Source of the DNA: a virus
Reading direction: 5' to 3' (one strand)
DNA: 64,000 nucleotides
IMG/VR virus record: IMGVR_UViG_3300046519_000214
Span: 16,554 to 80,553 of that record
The notes under the pieces: generated by a model
The model's database searches: none
Told to the model about the DNA's origin: nothing
Seen by the model: only the letters and a program-made list of their open reading frames with translations
Shown: piece after piece, positions 1 through 9,016 of the stretch
Position numbering within the stretch: the first letter of the stretch is position 1
How the letters are laid out: every line of letters starts with the position of its first letter
Program-made: the position numbers and the translations under genes

Positions 1-157
1 AATTCGTGGACGGCGTTCGTCACGATGGTCATCCTTTGATTGTGATTGGAGGGAGCAGTTTTCGATCTTGCTCAGGATCTTCTCGGGGGTGCCCGACTAT
101 TAGTCCCGGCGGGCTGCGGCGCAGCACTTTCGTGGCTGCTCTACGTATCAGGGAGGG

Positions 158-385
158 CTATGGTCCCTGAATTTCGGCCAGCTCCGTGGGTACGAAGCAG
201 TATCGGTGTATTGGATCGTGGGCATTGCCCGTCAGCTGCTGCAGAAGCTTGACGCTTTCGACTGCCCACATCCCATCCTTCCCAGAGGAAGTGCGGTTGA
301 CCAGTTCGAGTCGGGTGCCCTTCGGTAGCGTGATGGCCGAGCCCCAAATGGTCAGGGTGTGGTCCTGGCTCAGGATCGCCTTCAT
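158..385 (-). CDS. Small hypothetical phage protein
   Basis: ORF trimmed to ATG at 385 (MKAILSQ...), which overlaps the stop of the upstream gene (ATGA coupling). Confidence 0.6.
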   Translation of the reverse strand: MKAILSQDHTLTIWGSAITLPKGTRLELVNRTSSGKDGMWAVESVKLLQQLTGNAHDPIHRYCFVPTELAEIQGP

Positions 386-798
386 GCGGATTTCACCCAT
401 GGTAGAAATTGGTCGGGGATTTTGACGTTGGGCATCCAGCACAGTGGTTCTGACTGGATGTCTGCCGCGTTCATCCACTTGCCTTTCATGAAGGCACCCT
501 GAATTGAGTAGACGAATGGACCGCTCTTGATCGCGAGGATGCAGTGCTTACCGTCCAGAGGGGCGGTTTCCATTGGTTGCCAGCCCACGGGGTTCACGCT
601 CTCAACCTGGACCGTGAACTCACGGCTGACGCCGTCATCCTTGCTGTGGATCCCGTCGATGTAGCCGACGATCATGATTGGGATGCGGAGCTCCTCGGGG
701 CACGGCCCCATTCGGGGTCGAGGTTCAAAGTGGTTGAACAGCTCATCACGACCCTTCTTCACGTCGAGGATGGCGAATTCGGATTGGATCTTGATCAT
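382..798 (-). CDS. Hypothetical protein with C-terminal 'WQPMETAP.DG' phage module
   Basis: ATG at 798 coupled to upstream stop; WQPMETAPLDG...CWMP motif common in small accessory phage proteins. Confidence 0.65.
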   Translation of the reverse strand: MIKIQSEFAILDVKKGRDELFNHFEPRPRMGPCPEELRIPIMIVGYIDGIHSKDDGVSREFTVQVESVNPVGWQPMETAPLDGKHCILAIKSGPFVYSIQGAFMKGKWMNAADIQSEPLCWMPNVKIPDQFLPWVKSA

Positions 799-1055
799 GC
801 TGATGCTTTCCTTGCATTCATCTGTTCGCGGGTTTCGAACATGGGATGACCGAGGCGAGGTTCGAAGTCTCGCTTCCAGTGAGCCAGGTTCATGTGGTCG
901 AACTGGATCTGGACGCGGCAATCTTCGCAGTACCAGGAGTACGAGCCGTGGTTGTACCAAAGTGCTGGTGCGCTCTGGCAGCGTGTGCGGTTGCAGCTGC
1001 CGCCTTCCTTACCCTTGTCGGGCTTGTTGGGTCCGTCGTAATCACCGTATGCCAT
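795..1055 (-). CDS. Small Cys-rich (CxxxxC...CxxC) hypothetical protein
   Basis: MAYGDYDG... start coupled to upstream stop; CNRTRC and CEDC suggest Zn binding. Confidence 0.6.
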   Translation of the reverse strand: MAYGDYDGPNKPDKGKEGGSCNRTRCQSAPALWYNHGSYSWYCEDCRVQIQFDHMNLAHWKRDFEPRLGHPMFETREQMNARKASA

Positions 1056-1246
1056 TAGTCGAATGGTCCGATCTTGGTTTGGGGTTCGAGGATCTGACAC
1101 AGGATCGACTTCAGATCCTGGATCGTGGTCGCGGTCTGGGCTCGGAAGAGCAGATCCTCGGCTATGGCGATCTCTTTGGCGCGGTGCATCCCGAGTGTGG
1201 GTTGGAGTTCGCGGATCCGGTTCAGGATCTGGTTAGAAGCGGACAC
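1055..1246 (-). CDS. Small hypothetical protein
   Basis: GTG start, in coupled chain of leftward ORFs. Confidence 0.5.
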   Translation of the reverse strand: MSASNQILNRIRELQPTLGMHRAKEIAIAEDLLFRAQTATTIQDLKSILCQILEPQTKIGPFD

Positions 1247-1544
1247 AGTGACCTACCTTTCCGGCTCGATAGATCGGGGTCCATCGATCGCGGATCTGGA
1301 TACAGGTCCACCAATAACCGTCGCTCAGGGCGAAGGCTTTCCAAGTCATGGTTTTCTCCGAGGTTCTGGTTCGCGGATCTGGATCAGGTCCAGATGCGTG
1401 CTGGTTGACTCACAGCGAGTCACCAGCGCGTTTTGTGAGGGTGTCGAAGGGAATGCACCATGGAGGTGCCAGCGCTCGCCGCAGGGCGAATTTGACCACA
1501 GGGGTGGTTTGAACGGCCCCGTTTTTGAGGGCAACCAGTTTCCC

Positions 1545-1670
1545 TAGTCTCTCTTTAGTTCTTAGAACTTATTCTTTTTTCCCTGGAGTAAAGTAGAAAG
1601 AAAAAGAAGAGATATATAATAGGGGACCAACTCTAACATCTGAGCTTACCTGAGTTCTTAGAACTCACAC
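1545..1670. other. AT-rich non-coding locus, candidate replication origin
   Basis: Pyrimidine tract then purine tract (aaagtagaaagaaaaagaagagatatataat) in a GC-rich genome, bracketed by AGTTC-tta-GAACT palindromes at 1556-1570 and 1651-1667. Confidence 0.45.
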
Positions 1671-1686
1671 CTCCACCACCGACTGG

Positions 1687-1854
1687 TCAACTGCGGACCC
1701 GAACCAGAGCCTGGTCCAACACCAACAATCCGCGATCCCGATCCAGCCCCCGGATCTCCACCGCAACCTCGCGGCTCCGGTTCAGGTCCGATAGCTCGCG
1801 GCTGGTTCTAAGACCAGCCGGAAAGCCATCCCTCACAATTGCGTATAGTTTCAC
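1687..1854 (-). CDS. Small hypothetical protein
   Basis: GTG at 1854 overlaps upstream TGA. Confidence 0.4.
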   Translation of the reverse strand: MKLYAIVRDGFPAGLRTSRELSDLNRSREVAVEIRGLDRDRGLLVLDQALVRVRS

Positions 1855-2051
1855 AGTGCCAGCTCCCCGTACCGACGAGTACGCTTTTCGATCCGACGCT
1901 CGCGGCCCTTGCGGACCCGAGGCTTGAATTTCGTTACCTTGTCGTAGGCAATGCCCTGCAGGCTGAGCCATGCATGGGCATCGCGAAACGAGAATGCCTG
2001 CAATGAGCCGAGCATCCGGCCCTCAGAGTCCAGATACCAGAACTCTGTCAT
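1851..2051 (-). CDS. Small basic hypothetical protein
   Basis: MTEFWYLD... ATGA-coupled start. Confidence 0.55.
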   Translation of the reverse strand: MTEFWYLDSEGRMLGSLQAFSFRDAHAWLSLQGIAYDKVTKFKPRVRKGRERRIEKRTRRYGELAL

Positions 2052-2269
2052 ACAGCCACCGCCACGCCCTGGGCGATCCACGTGGTGAGCACGCCACCCA
2101 TGGTGATGGCCAGCGCACCGAGAGCGATGAGCTGCATCATGCGATCGGTCGCACGGTAGCGAGTACCAGCATCATAACCCTGCTGGTACCCGTCACTCGG
2201 TTCTAAATAGAATGGGCCATTGCCGCGAATGGCATCCTGGTACCCATGCTGGTATGTATTCAAAAACAT
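2048..2269 (-). CDS. Small membrane protein
   Basis: MFLNTYQHGYQDA...GYQQGYDAG repeats and hydrophobic C-terminus. Confidence 0.55.
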   Translation of the reverse strand: MFLNTYQHGYQDAIRGNGPFYLEPSDGYQQGYDAGTRYRATDRMMQLIALGALAITMGGVLTTWIAQGVAVAV

Positions 2270-2451
2270 CAGATGTCCCTCGCCCTTTGGTAGTATAATT
2301 CTGAAACCTGACCGCCGAGCTGGTCGGCGAGCAGCTTCATCTGGTCCACGATCCACGGCAGTGAGCCGCGAACCCGAGCAAAAATCTCGTGTGTGGTTCG
2401 ATCACGAATGAGCCAGAGCGGTGCATCGGGAGCCTGATCCACGATCCACAT
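2269..2451 (-). CDS. Small hypothetical protein (start uncertain, frame open to 2685)
   Basis: MWIVDQAPD...; stop coupled to next start. Confidence 0.4.
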   Translation of the reverse strand: MWIVDQAPDAPLWLIRDRTTHEIFARVRGSLPWIVDQMKLLADQLGGQVSELYYQRARDI

Positions 2452-2818
2452 GCTCGACCCGAGCGGCCTGTCCCGCGGCTCAGGTTCGCGGCTCGGAGCC
2501 TCATGAGGCAGTCGATCGCGAAATGGTTCTTGAGGCTGGCCCTTGGACATGGACCGCGATCCGGCGCTCACGAAGTCGCCATCATAGATCTGAGCTGCTG
2601 GCCGGTCAGGCAGCATCCGGACCCGACCCGAATGTTGAGCGGGCTGGTGGTACTTTGGGTTCGTCGTTTCACGGATCATTTCCAAACGCCTTCCTGTGCG
2701 CTTTTAGGTTTTGGCTCTCGCGTCGATATGCGACGCATGGTTGTAGGTGTAGGCGCGGTTCGGGTGTGAGCCGCGCTTCCGTGGGGGTGGAGGCTCCCCC
2801 GTGGGGGAGCCGGGAGGC

Positions 2819-3568
2819 TTAGGCCGCGTTGGCGGCTGGGCCGTTGATCGTGCGGGCCGCATTGGCGATCATGTTCTCCAATGCATCCCGCATCAGGATC
2901 ATGTTCTCGACCTCGATCTTGGAGACGATGAAGGCCGCGACCTGCATCAAGTCATCCTGCCCTGCCTCAGCAAGGGCGCCGATCGCTGCCTCAGCGGCAG
3001 TGCGTTCGGGCGTTGCCGTCGCTGTGGCTTGCGCCTCAGTCTCGGCCGTCTTGTCGGTCTCGGCCTTCTCGGCCTTCTCCGCTGCCGCAGCAGCATCGGC
3101 CGCTGCCTTATCCGCTGCCTTTTGCTCAAAGAAGCGGGCCGCTTCGGAGACCGACAGGTTGCAGACCGACGCATAGTCGTTCTTGCCCGAGACCCCCAGT
3201 TGCGACATGTGGGCGTTGATGGAAAGGATCACGTTCGACACTGCGTCGTCGATGGCCATGGACCGGATGTCATCCCAGTCGCGATTGCCAAGGACCGTGT
3301 TGCGGGCGTTCGCCGCAATCGACCACATGTTCTGGAAGTTCTTCGAAGGCTTGCCGCCCCTGCCGAAGACCGCTTCGATAAGCTTCTTCTTATCGACGTT
3401 CTTGGCCATGGCGAGCAAGGCGAGCGTCAGATAACGCTTCCATGCTGCCTTCTCAGCGTTGCCCGCTGCATCGAGATCCATATCCGCGATGCGAGCGGCA
3501 ACCGTAGCTGCCTGATAACCAGCGGCCTTTGCAGTTGCGACAGTCTCGATTGCCGTATCCGTTGCCAT
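2819..3568 (-). CDS. Ala-rich helical hypothetical protein (probably early)
   Basis: MATDTAIE... preceded by ggaagggaaaacggaa purine-rich RBS; 249 aa. Confidence 0.75.
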   Translation of the reverse strand: MATDTAIETVATAKAAGYQAATVAARIADMDLDAAGNAEKAAWKRYLTLALLAMAKNVDKKKLIEAVFGRGGKPSKNFQNMWSIAANARNTVLGNRDWDDIRSMAIDDAVSNVILSINAHMSQLGVSGKNDYASVCNLSVSEAARFFEQKAADKAAADAAAAAEKAEKAETDKTAETEAQATATATPERTAAEAAIGALAEAGQDDLMQVAAFIVSKIEVENMILMRDALENMIANAARTINGPAANAA

Positions 3569-3934
3569 TTCCGTTTTCCCTTCCGTTCCCCCGCAGGGGA
3601 GAGTGTTGAACCTTCCCCCGTGGGGGAGACTTGGAGTGGAGACACAGCTCCGCCCCAAGCCCGTGGCCCGAAGGCCACTTGCCTCGTCGATCTGTCGATC
3701 AACTGTCATCAATCTAATGGGTCACTACATGAAGTACCACATAAGGGTACCACGTAATTATCTGATTTTATTACACTATTCGGCCCTAATAGGGTCAGAG
3801 AAACTCTGGGAAGTTTTTCGTTTTTCTGACTGCTATCATATGGCTCCGGGTCGGTTTCGATGACCGGACTCCTACTTCCAGCCGCGGACCAGAATCCAGA
3901 CCAGAATCGCGTGAGTTCTGAGAACTCAAACACG

Positions 3935-3962
3935 AAAAAGGGCGCCCGAAGGCGCCCATTTT
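3935..3962. terminator. Intrinsic terminator (UUCG loop on minus strand), likely ends the primase operon
   Basis: aaaaa-gggcgcc-cgaa-ggcgccc-atttt. Confidence 0.75.
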
Positions 3963-4060
3963 ACCCGATTTTGAGCCAGAACCAGGCCCAAAACCCTATG
4001 TTTTTCCGTCGCTTGAGGGTCGGAACCGCCCTGGAGGACGTCGATTTTTGACCCTGACGA

Positions 4061-4189
4061 CTACGAGATCGTCATCGAAACGTGGGTCAGAAGCCAATAA
4101 ATCAGCCAAATTCCACCTCCGAGGCTCAAGATCGCACCAATAGCGGCCCAGATCAGAAGAAAATACAGAAGGTTTCCAAGTCCAGTCAT
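4061..4189 (-). CDS. 42-aa single-pass membrane peptide
   Basis: MTGLGNLLYFLLIWAAIGAILSLGGGIWLIYWLL; start coupled to primase stop. Confidence 0.55.
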   Translation of the reverse strand: MTGLGNLLYFLLIWAAIGAILSLGGGIWLIYWLLTHVSMTIS

Positions 4190-6597
4190 CAGATTCCAAC
4201 TCCTATGTAGTAAATTTCGTTCTTGCCGCGGATGTCGATGTCGAACGGGAACGTGCCCGACAGCTCCTTCATCAGCTTCGTGAATTTCGTGATGTTCACC
4301 CGAGTTGAGTTGCCAGTCGCGATGCAGAACTGCCAATACTGGGTGTGCATCTCGGCCAGCGAGAACTCGTGCTGAGCGCCCCACTTCAGACCCGTGCCCG
4401 TCGACGAAAGGAAGTGACGAACCGAGTTGTTGTCCGCCGCCATCTGATCAACGAGAGCCAGGTGCGAGGTCGGAAGAGTGAAGTTTCCAGCATCGACCAG
4501 GCGCTTGTAGCCCTGGATCGCCCAGGCAACGATCGCTTCGCGCTCGTGCTCGAGGATCTGAGCATCCAGATCGATGACCCGCTTGTCGGGGCTGATCCGG
4601 TTGTTGAACTCGAGGATCAACCAGCGACGATTGAAGCCCTCGGAGCTGTCCCTCGTCTTCGGCAGGTGGTTCGAGTTGAACCAGTGAGCGCATTCCGGGA
4701 TGAAAACGAAGGGGTTTTGGTTCTTGAACTGAACCTGCATCTCTTCGCCCGACACCACCTTCTTGAAGATGTCGCCAGGAATCGGCCGCGTTTCCGACAA
4801 CTCGCCTGCGAAGTTGACGACCTTGCCGAACATCTCGGCCGGCAGGAACCGGTCGGACCAGTCAGACGGCACAATGGCCGACGAGGAACCAAACGGCATC
4901 AAACCCCGCATGATGGCCTGGAGCACGGACTTGCCAGCACCCGCCTGACCGAACAGGAGGAACGCCATCTGAAAACGTGGCGCCATGCCCATGAGCGAAA
5001 CACCGAGCATCTCCTGCAGAGCCAGCAGCTTGTCACCGTAATCCGCGTCCGTCGCCCAGCTATCATTGAGGAACTGGTCGAACATCGGCATGTGACCGGC
5101 CTTCTCGGGTGTGTACCGGTAGGGCAGGGTGTAGGTCATGCCGTATTCCGGAGCGTGCGGAACGAGCTCGAGGTTCTCGGTCAGGTAGCCGTTGGCGAAG
5201 TTGACACCCTTGACGTACGAATTGCGAAGCGGCTCCGAAGCGATGGCCTTCATGACCTTGAGCACACCGTTGTGGTCGCTCTGGCGCTTGCCGGCCGGAT
5301 ATGAACCATAGTTTTCCGCGATGATCTTCAGCAGCTCCTGCTCCTGGCACTTCACCCAGGCAGCACCGCGCCACTGCCAGAAGTGGCTGGCGTCGTAGCG
5401 GACGTCACCGTACTTGCGGAGGAAGCCCAGGCAGGCATCCGCGAGCTCGGCGTGCGTCTCACCGAGGATTTCACCACGGCGAAGGGTCTGCAGCTGACGC
5501 TTCAGGTCTGGTACGGACAGACCGTTGTTCGCATGGTTGACGATGAACTTGAGGAGGATTGCCTCGTCGATCGGGCTCAACGGCGGGTTGGTCCGTACAA
5601 TTCGGTCCAGGGCGACCGAGATCGCATTGCTGCGGCCTTCGGAGCGGACGTCCATATGACGCTCGAACTCCAGAGAGACATAATCCATGATCTTCTGCGG
5701 CGACCAGCTCTTGTCGTCGTCCGTGAAGGTCAGGCCGAGCTTGACAAGATCCTCTTCCGTCAGACCCTCATCCCAACCAAGCGGCAGGGCCTTGCGAGCC
5801 TCGCCGGTCACATCGCGAACGAGGAACTCGACGACCTTCCCTTGGGCCTTGTCGATCGTGAGCGGATCCCCGACCACCTTCTCGACATAGTTCTCGACCC
5901 ACGCAGCCATCTCACCCATCACCTGGAGGAGCGAACGCTCGCCGCGGAGCACGGCTCGAGCCAGCAGACCGGCATGCCACACCATGGTGGCATCGCGAGC
6001 ACCGGCCGGTACGAAGTTGACGGTCTTGTTGCCACCACCGGTGGAGACCTTGATCCCAGCTTCCTGCAGGGCGCTCTTCAGCACCTTCTCGAAATTGAGG
6101 GGCAGGGGAGGAGCGTTCTTCGCGATCTCCCAGAGATTGCCGTCAGCCGTGTAGGGCTGCTTGGTATCCGGGTGGATCGACGGCGGGAGAACGAACTGCG
6201 TGCCCTTGGACAGGATTTCGCAGATCATCGAGCCGTCTTCGGCCTTGATACGAGCGGTACGCTCGCCCGACCAGCGATAGATCTGGACCCGACCCTTACG
6301 ACCAACGCGGTGCCACGGAGACGGCGGCAGGACGCGATCAAGAACCTGGAGGACTACCGGATCCTCGGAGTCGACGTCGATCGCGACGAGGCCAGCAGCT
6401 GGACCCATTGGCAGACCGATGTTGCCAGCTGCGAAGGCATGCAACCATGCAGCCTGATCTTCCTTCGTCGGGAAGGCGTCGGAGTACATCTGCCAGCGTG
6501 GGATGGCGGGGCGCTTGTTCTCGAAGACGAGGGGAATGGCTGGCAAGCCAGCGGCCCAGTAGAGTGGGGCGTGGGTTTCGAAAATCTTATCGGCCAT
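4189..6597 (-). CDS. Bifunctional primase-polymerase fused to D5-like SF3 helicase
   Basis: N-terminal Prim-Pol motifs (NIGL..G...LVAIDVD; FVLPPSIHP), Walker A GQAGAGKS, P4/D5-like C-terminus (SNHLP...RRWLI). Confidence 0.9.
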   Translation of the reverse strand: MADKIFETHAPLYWAAGLPAIPLVFENKRPAIPRWQMYSDAFPTKEDQAAWLHAFAAGNIGLPMGPAAGLVAIDVDSEDPVVLQVLDRVLPPSPWHRVGRKGRVQIYRWSGERTARIKAEDGSMICEILSKGTQFVLPPSIHPDTKQPYTADGNLWEIAKNAPPLPLNFEKVLKSALQEAGIKVSTGGGNKTVNFVPAGARDATMVWHAGLLARAVLRGERSLLQVMGEMAAWVENYVEKVVGDPLTIDKAQGKVVEFLVRDVTGEARKALPLGWDEGLTEEDLVKLGLTFTDDDKSWSPQKIMDYVSLEFERHMDVRSEGRSNAISVALDRIVRTNPPLSPIDEAILLKFIVNHANNGLSVPDLKRQLQTLRRGEILGETHAELADACLGFLRKYGDVRYDASHFWQWRGAAWVKCQEQELLKIIAENYGSYPAGKRQSDHNGVLKVMKAIASEPLRNSYVKGVNFANGYLTENLELVPHAPEYGMTYTLPYRYTPEKAGHMPMFDQFLNDSWATDADYGDKLLALQEMLGVSLMGMAPRFQMAFLLFGQAGAGKSVLQAIMRGLMPFGSSSAIVPSDWSDRFLPAEMFGKVVNFAGELSETRPIPGDIFKKVVSGEEMQVQFKNQNPFVFIPECAHWFNSNHLPKTRDSSEGFNRRWLILEFNNRISPDKRVIDLDAQILEHEREAIVAWAIQGYKRLVDAGNFTLPTSHLALVDQMAADNNSVRHFLSSTGTGLKWGAQHEFSLAEMHTQYWQFCIATGNSTRVNITKFTKLMKELSGTFPFDIDIRGKNEIYYIGVGI

Positions 6598-7063
6598 TGG
6601 TGAGCACTCCGTCGATACGCTTCATGAAATCGGTGATCTGATCTTTGGTGAGGATTTCATCCATGAACTGGATGACTGTGGACCTGAACTCATTGATCTG
6701 CTTGAGGTTTGCGGCCCGCTCCAGGTTGTTCAGGAGCTTCTCGAGGAGGGAGTTTTTCGTCTTGAAATACTGCAGCTTCTCAGAGTTATCGTCGGCGCCG
6801 AGCTTCTGCCCGTAGTCCTCGAGATCGTTGATCAGCTTCTGGATCTGCTTCTCGATCGCCACCACTTGGTCGCCTTCGAAGAGATCCTCAGCCACTCCAC
6901 CCTGGGAGGCTCGAGCCTGCTTCAGGAAGAAGTCCTTGACGAGCGGAGGGTAGGGGCACTGAGCGTCGGAGAGATATTCAGGGTTCTCGCTGATGCTCCG
7001 CAACACTCGATTTACGAGGAGGATTTGGTCCTCGCTGATGTTCGGAAAATATTTCGGGTTCAT
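6587..7063 (-). CDS. Helical protein, possible terminase small subunit
   Basis: 158 aa coiled-coil ORF adjacent to and divergent from terL; no other terS candidate seen. Confidence 0.4.
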   Translation of the reverse strand: MNPKYFPNISEDQILLVNRVLRSISENPEYLSDAQCPYPPLVKDFFLKQARASQGGVAEDLFEGDQVVAIEKQIQKLINDLEDYGQKLGADDNSEKLQYFKTKNSLLEKLLNNLERAANLKQINEFRSTVIQFMDEILTKDQITDFMKRIDGVLTNGR

Positions 7064-7237
7064 TTGGGCTCCATGTCTGTTGGAGCTTAGGTAGAAAACC
7101 GGAGGAGGTTTGGCTACACGAGCCGTGCATCAGTTCCAAGAACTCAAGCAGATTACGCAATATCTCTCGACTTCCATTTCTGGGAATGTCTCGCACTAAT
7201 TGCAAATGAACTCTCGGCTACCCATATAGCCAAACAC

Positions 7238-9007
7238 ATGTATCGCAATGACTATTTGTCCGACTTCCGAGCCCAGCTGCGCCAGCGATTTGCGGAAGAT
7301 TCGATCAATATGTCGATGTCCGAATGGATCATCAAGAACACCCATCTGAGAAAGAAGCAGTTCAGTTTCGCTGGCTATGAGTTCCAGCAGCAGATCGTCG
7401 ACGACATGCATCCGGACCTCTGGACGATCAAATGCTCTCAGATCGGCCTGACCGAAGTTCAGCTCCGCAAGTTCGCGGGTTTCCTGGCCCGAACCACTGC
7501 CGTCAACGCGATCTTCTCTCTGCCGACCGACGTGATGTTCAAGCGCGTGTCTCAGACACGTTTCGGCCCTCTGATCAACGACGAGCCAGTCTTCAACATG
7601 GCATCTGTCGACAAGCCCGTGCGCTCAGTCGGCCTCTATCAGATCAACCAGTCATTCGGATTCTTCACCGGGGGCAAGGAATCGGATGCCACTTCGATCA
7701 ACGCCGACGCGCTTTTCCAGGACGAAATCGATCTCGCAGATCAGGAAATGCTGGCTCTCTACCAGTCACGTCTCCAGGGCTCTGACTACAAGATCACACA
7801 AAGCTTCTCGACCCCCACGTTCGAAGGATATGGGGTCCACGCGGGGTTTCAGACATCCGACCAGCACGAGTACGTCCTCAAGTGCGAAGGGTGCAACCAC
7901 TACAACATCCCGCAGTTCAACCCGAAATTCATCCACATCCCGGGGCTCTCCAGTGACATCAACGATCTCTCAGAAATCGACTCGGAACTTGCTGACAAGC
8001 TGGACCTTAGAGCCGGCTACGTTCGATGTGAGGCTTGTGGACGCCGTCTTAATACCTCTGATCCTTCGCTGCGGTCTTGGGTGCCTCGCTTTCCTGGGCG
8101 CCGCTCTCGCGGTTACAGGGTTAGCCCCTTCTGCGTTCACCGCATAGCGAACCCGGAATACATCGTCGACCAGCTCCTCAAGTACAAGAAGCGTGACGCG
8201 CTGCGCCGCTGGTACAACACGGTGCTGGGCGAAGCCTACAACGACGCCAGCGCTCGCCTGAGCGAAGTCGACATCCGCGCCGTCATGAAGGGGGAGGGCA
8301 GCGCCGACGTCAGCAGCCTCGAGCCCGTAATGATTGGCATCGACGCCGGTCTCACCTGCCACATCACGCTTGCCACCATTGGCCAGGCCCAGCCAGTCGT
8401 CTTTAGTTTCCGCCAGGTATCCGCGGACAATCTCTACGACGAGGTCAAAACGATCCTCGGCCGATACAACGTCGTGGGTGGGTGCATGGACCGCAATCCA
8501 TACACGCCGCTCGCGAACGAAATCCGTGACCTGTCGGCGGGTCGCATCCTCCCTGTCCAGTACGCCGGCCAACCAGGCGCCGCGGCGGTCACCTTCGTCA
8601 AGGACGAGCTCGATCAACTGTCACACCTGGTTGGCAACCGCACGACCATGCTCGACGCTGTGGCCGGCGCCGTCCGCAAGCGGAGGGTCTCGTTCTACGG
8701 CTACGGTCGCCTCGAACGCATCATCCTCGATCACCTGCAGGACATGGTGCGTATCGAGAACGAGCTGAACGAGAAAACCAAGGACGAGATCCCCGCCCGC
8801 TGGGCCAAGCTCACGGGCAATGATCACTTCTTCCACTCACTCGGTTACCTGCTCTACGCCATCCGCGTGAACACCGCGATCGACTACCGCGAGGAGGATC
8901 CTCGCACCCAGGTCACCGTCTCGAACGTAGTCGTTCCGGTTCAAAACGCATCACGACTGGGGCTGCAGCGTGGGGTCCGAACCCCCACATCTCTCGGAAT
9001 ACGCTAG
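7238..9007 (+). CDS. terL: Terminase large subunit (lambda GpA-like)
   Basis: KCSQIGLTE Walker A variant, FQDEID Walker B, CxxC pairs, YNTVLGEAY, nuclease GID...NDHFFH. Confidence 0.9.
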   Translation: MYRNDYLSDFRAQLRQRFAEDSINMSMSEWIIKNTHLRKKQFSFAGYEFQQQIVDDMHPDLWTIKCSQIGLTEVQLRKFAGFLARTTAVNAIFSLPTDVMFKRVSQTRFGPLINDEPVFNMASVDKPVRSVGLYQINQSFGFFTGGKESDATSINADALFQDEIDLADQEMLALYQSRLQGSDYKITQSFSTPTFEGYGVHAGFQTSDQHEYVLKCEGCNHYNIPQFNPKFIHIPGLSSDINDLSEIDSELADKLDLRAGYVRCEACGRRLNTSDPSLRSWVPRFPGRRSRGYRVSPFCVHRIANPEYIVDQLLKYKKRDALRRWYNTVLGEAYNDASARLSEVDIRAVMKGEGSADVSSLEPVMIGIDAGLTCHITLATIGQAQPVVFSFRQVSADNLYDEVKTILGRYNVVGGCMDRNPYTPLANEIRDLSAGRILPVQYAGQPGAAAVTFVKDELDQLSHLVGNRTTMLDAVAGAVRKRRVSFYGYGRLERIILDHLQDMVRIENELNEKTKDEIPARWAKLTGNDHFFHSLGYLLYAIRVNTAIDYREEDPRTQVTVSNVVVPVQNASRLGLQRGVRTPTSLGIR

Positions 9008-9016
9008 GAAACCTCT

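Noticed and set aside
3960-4060. cos site
   Set aside because: A GpA-like terminase suggests cohesive ends, but no specific cos sequence can be identified without terminus data
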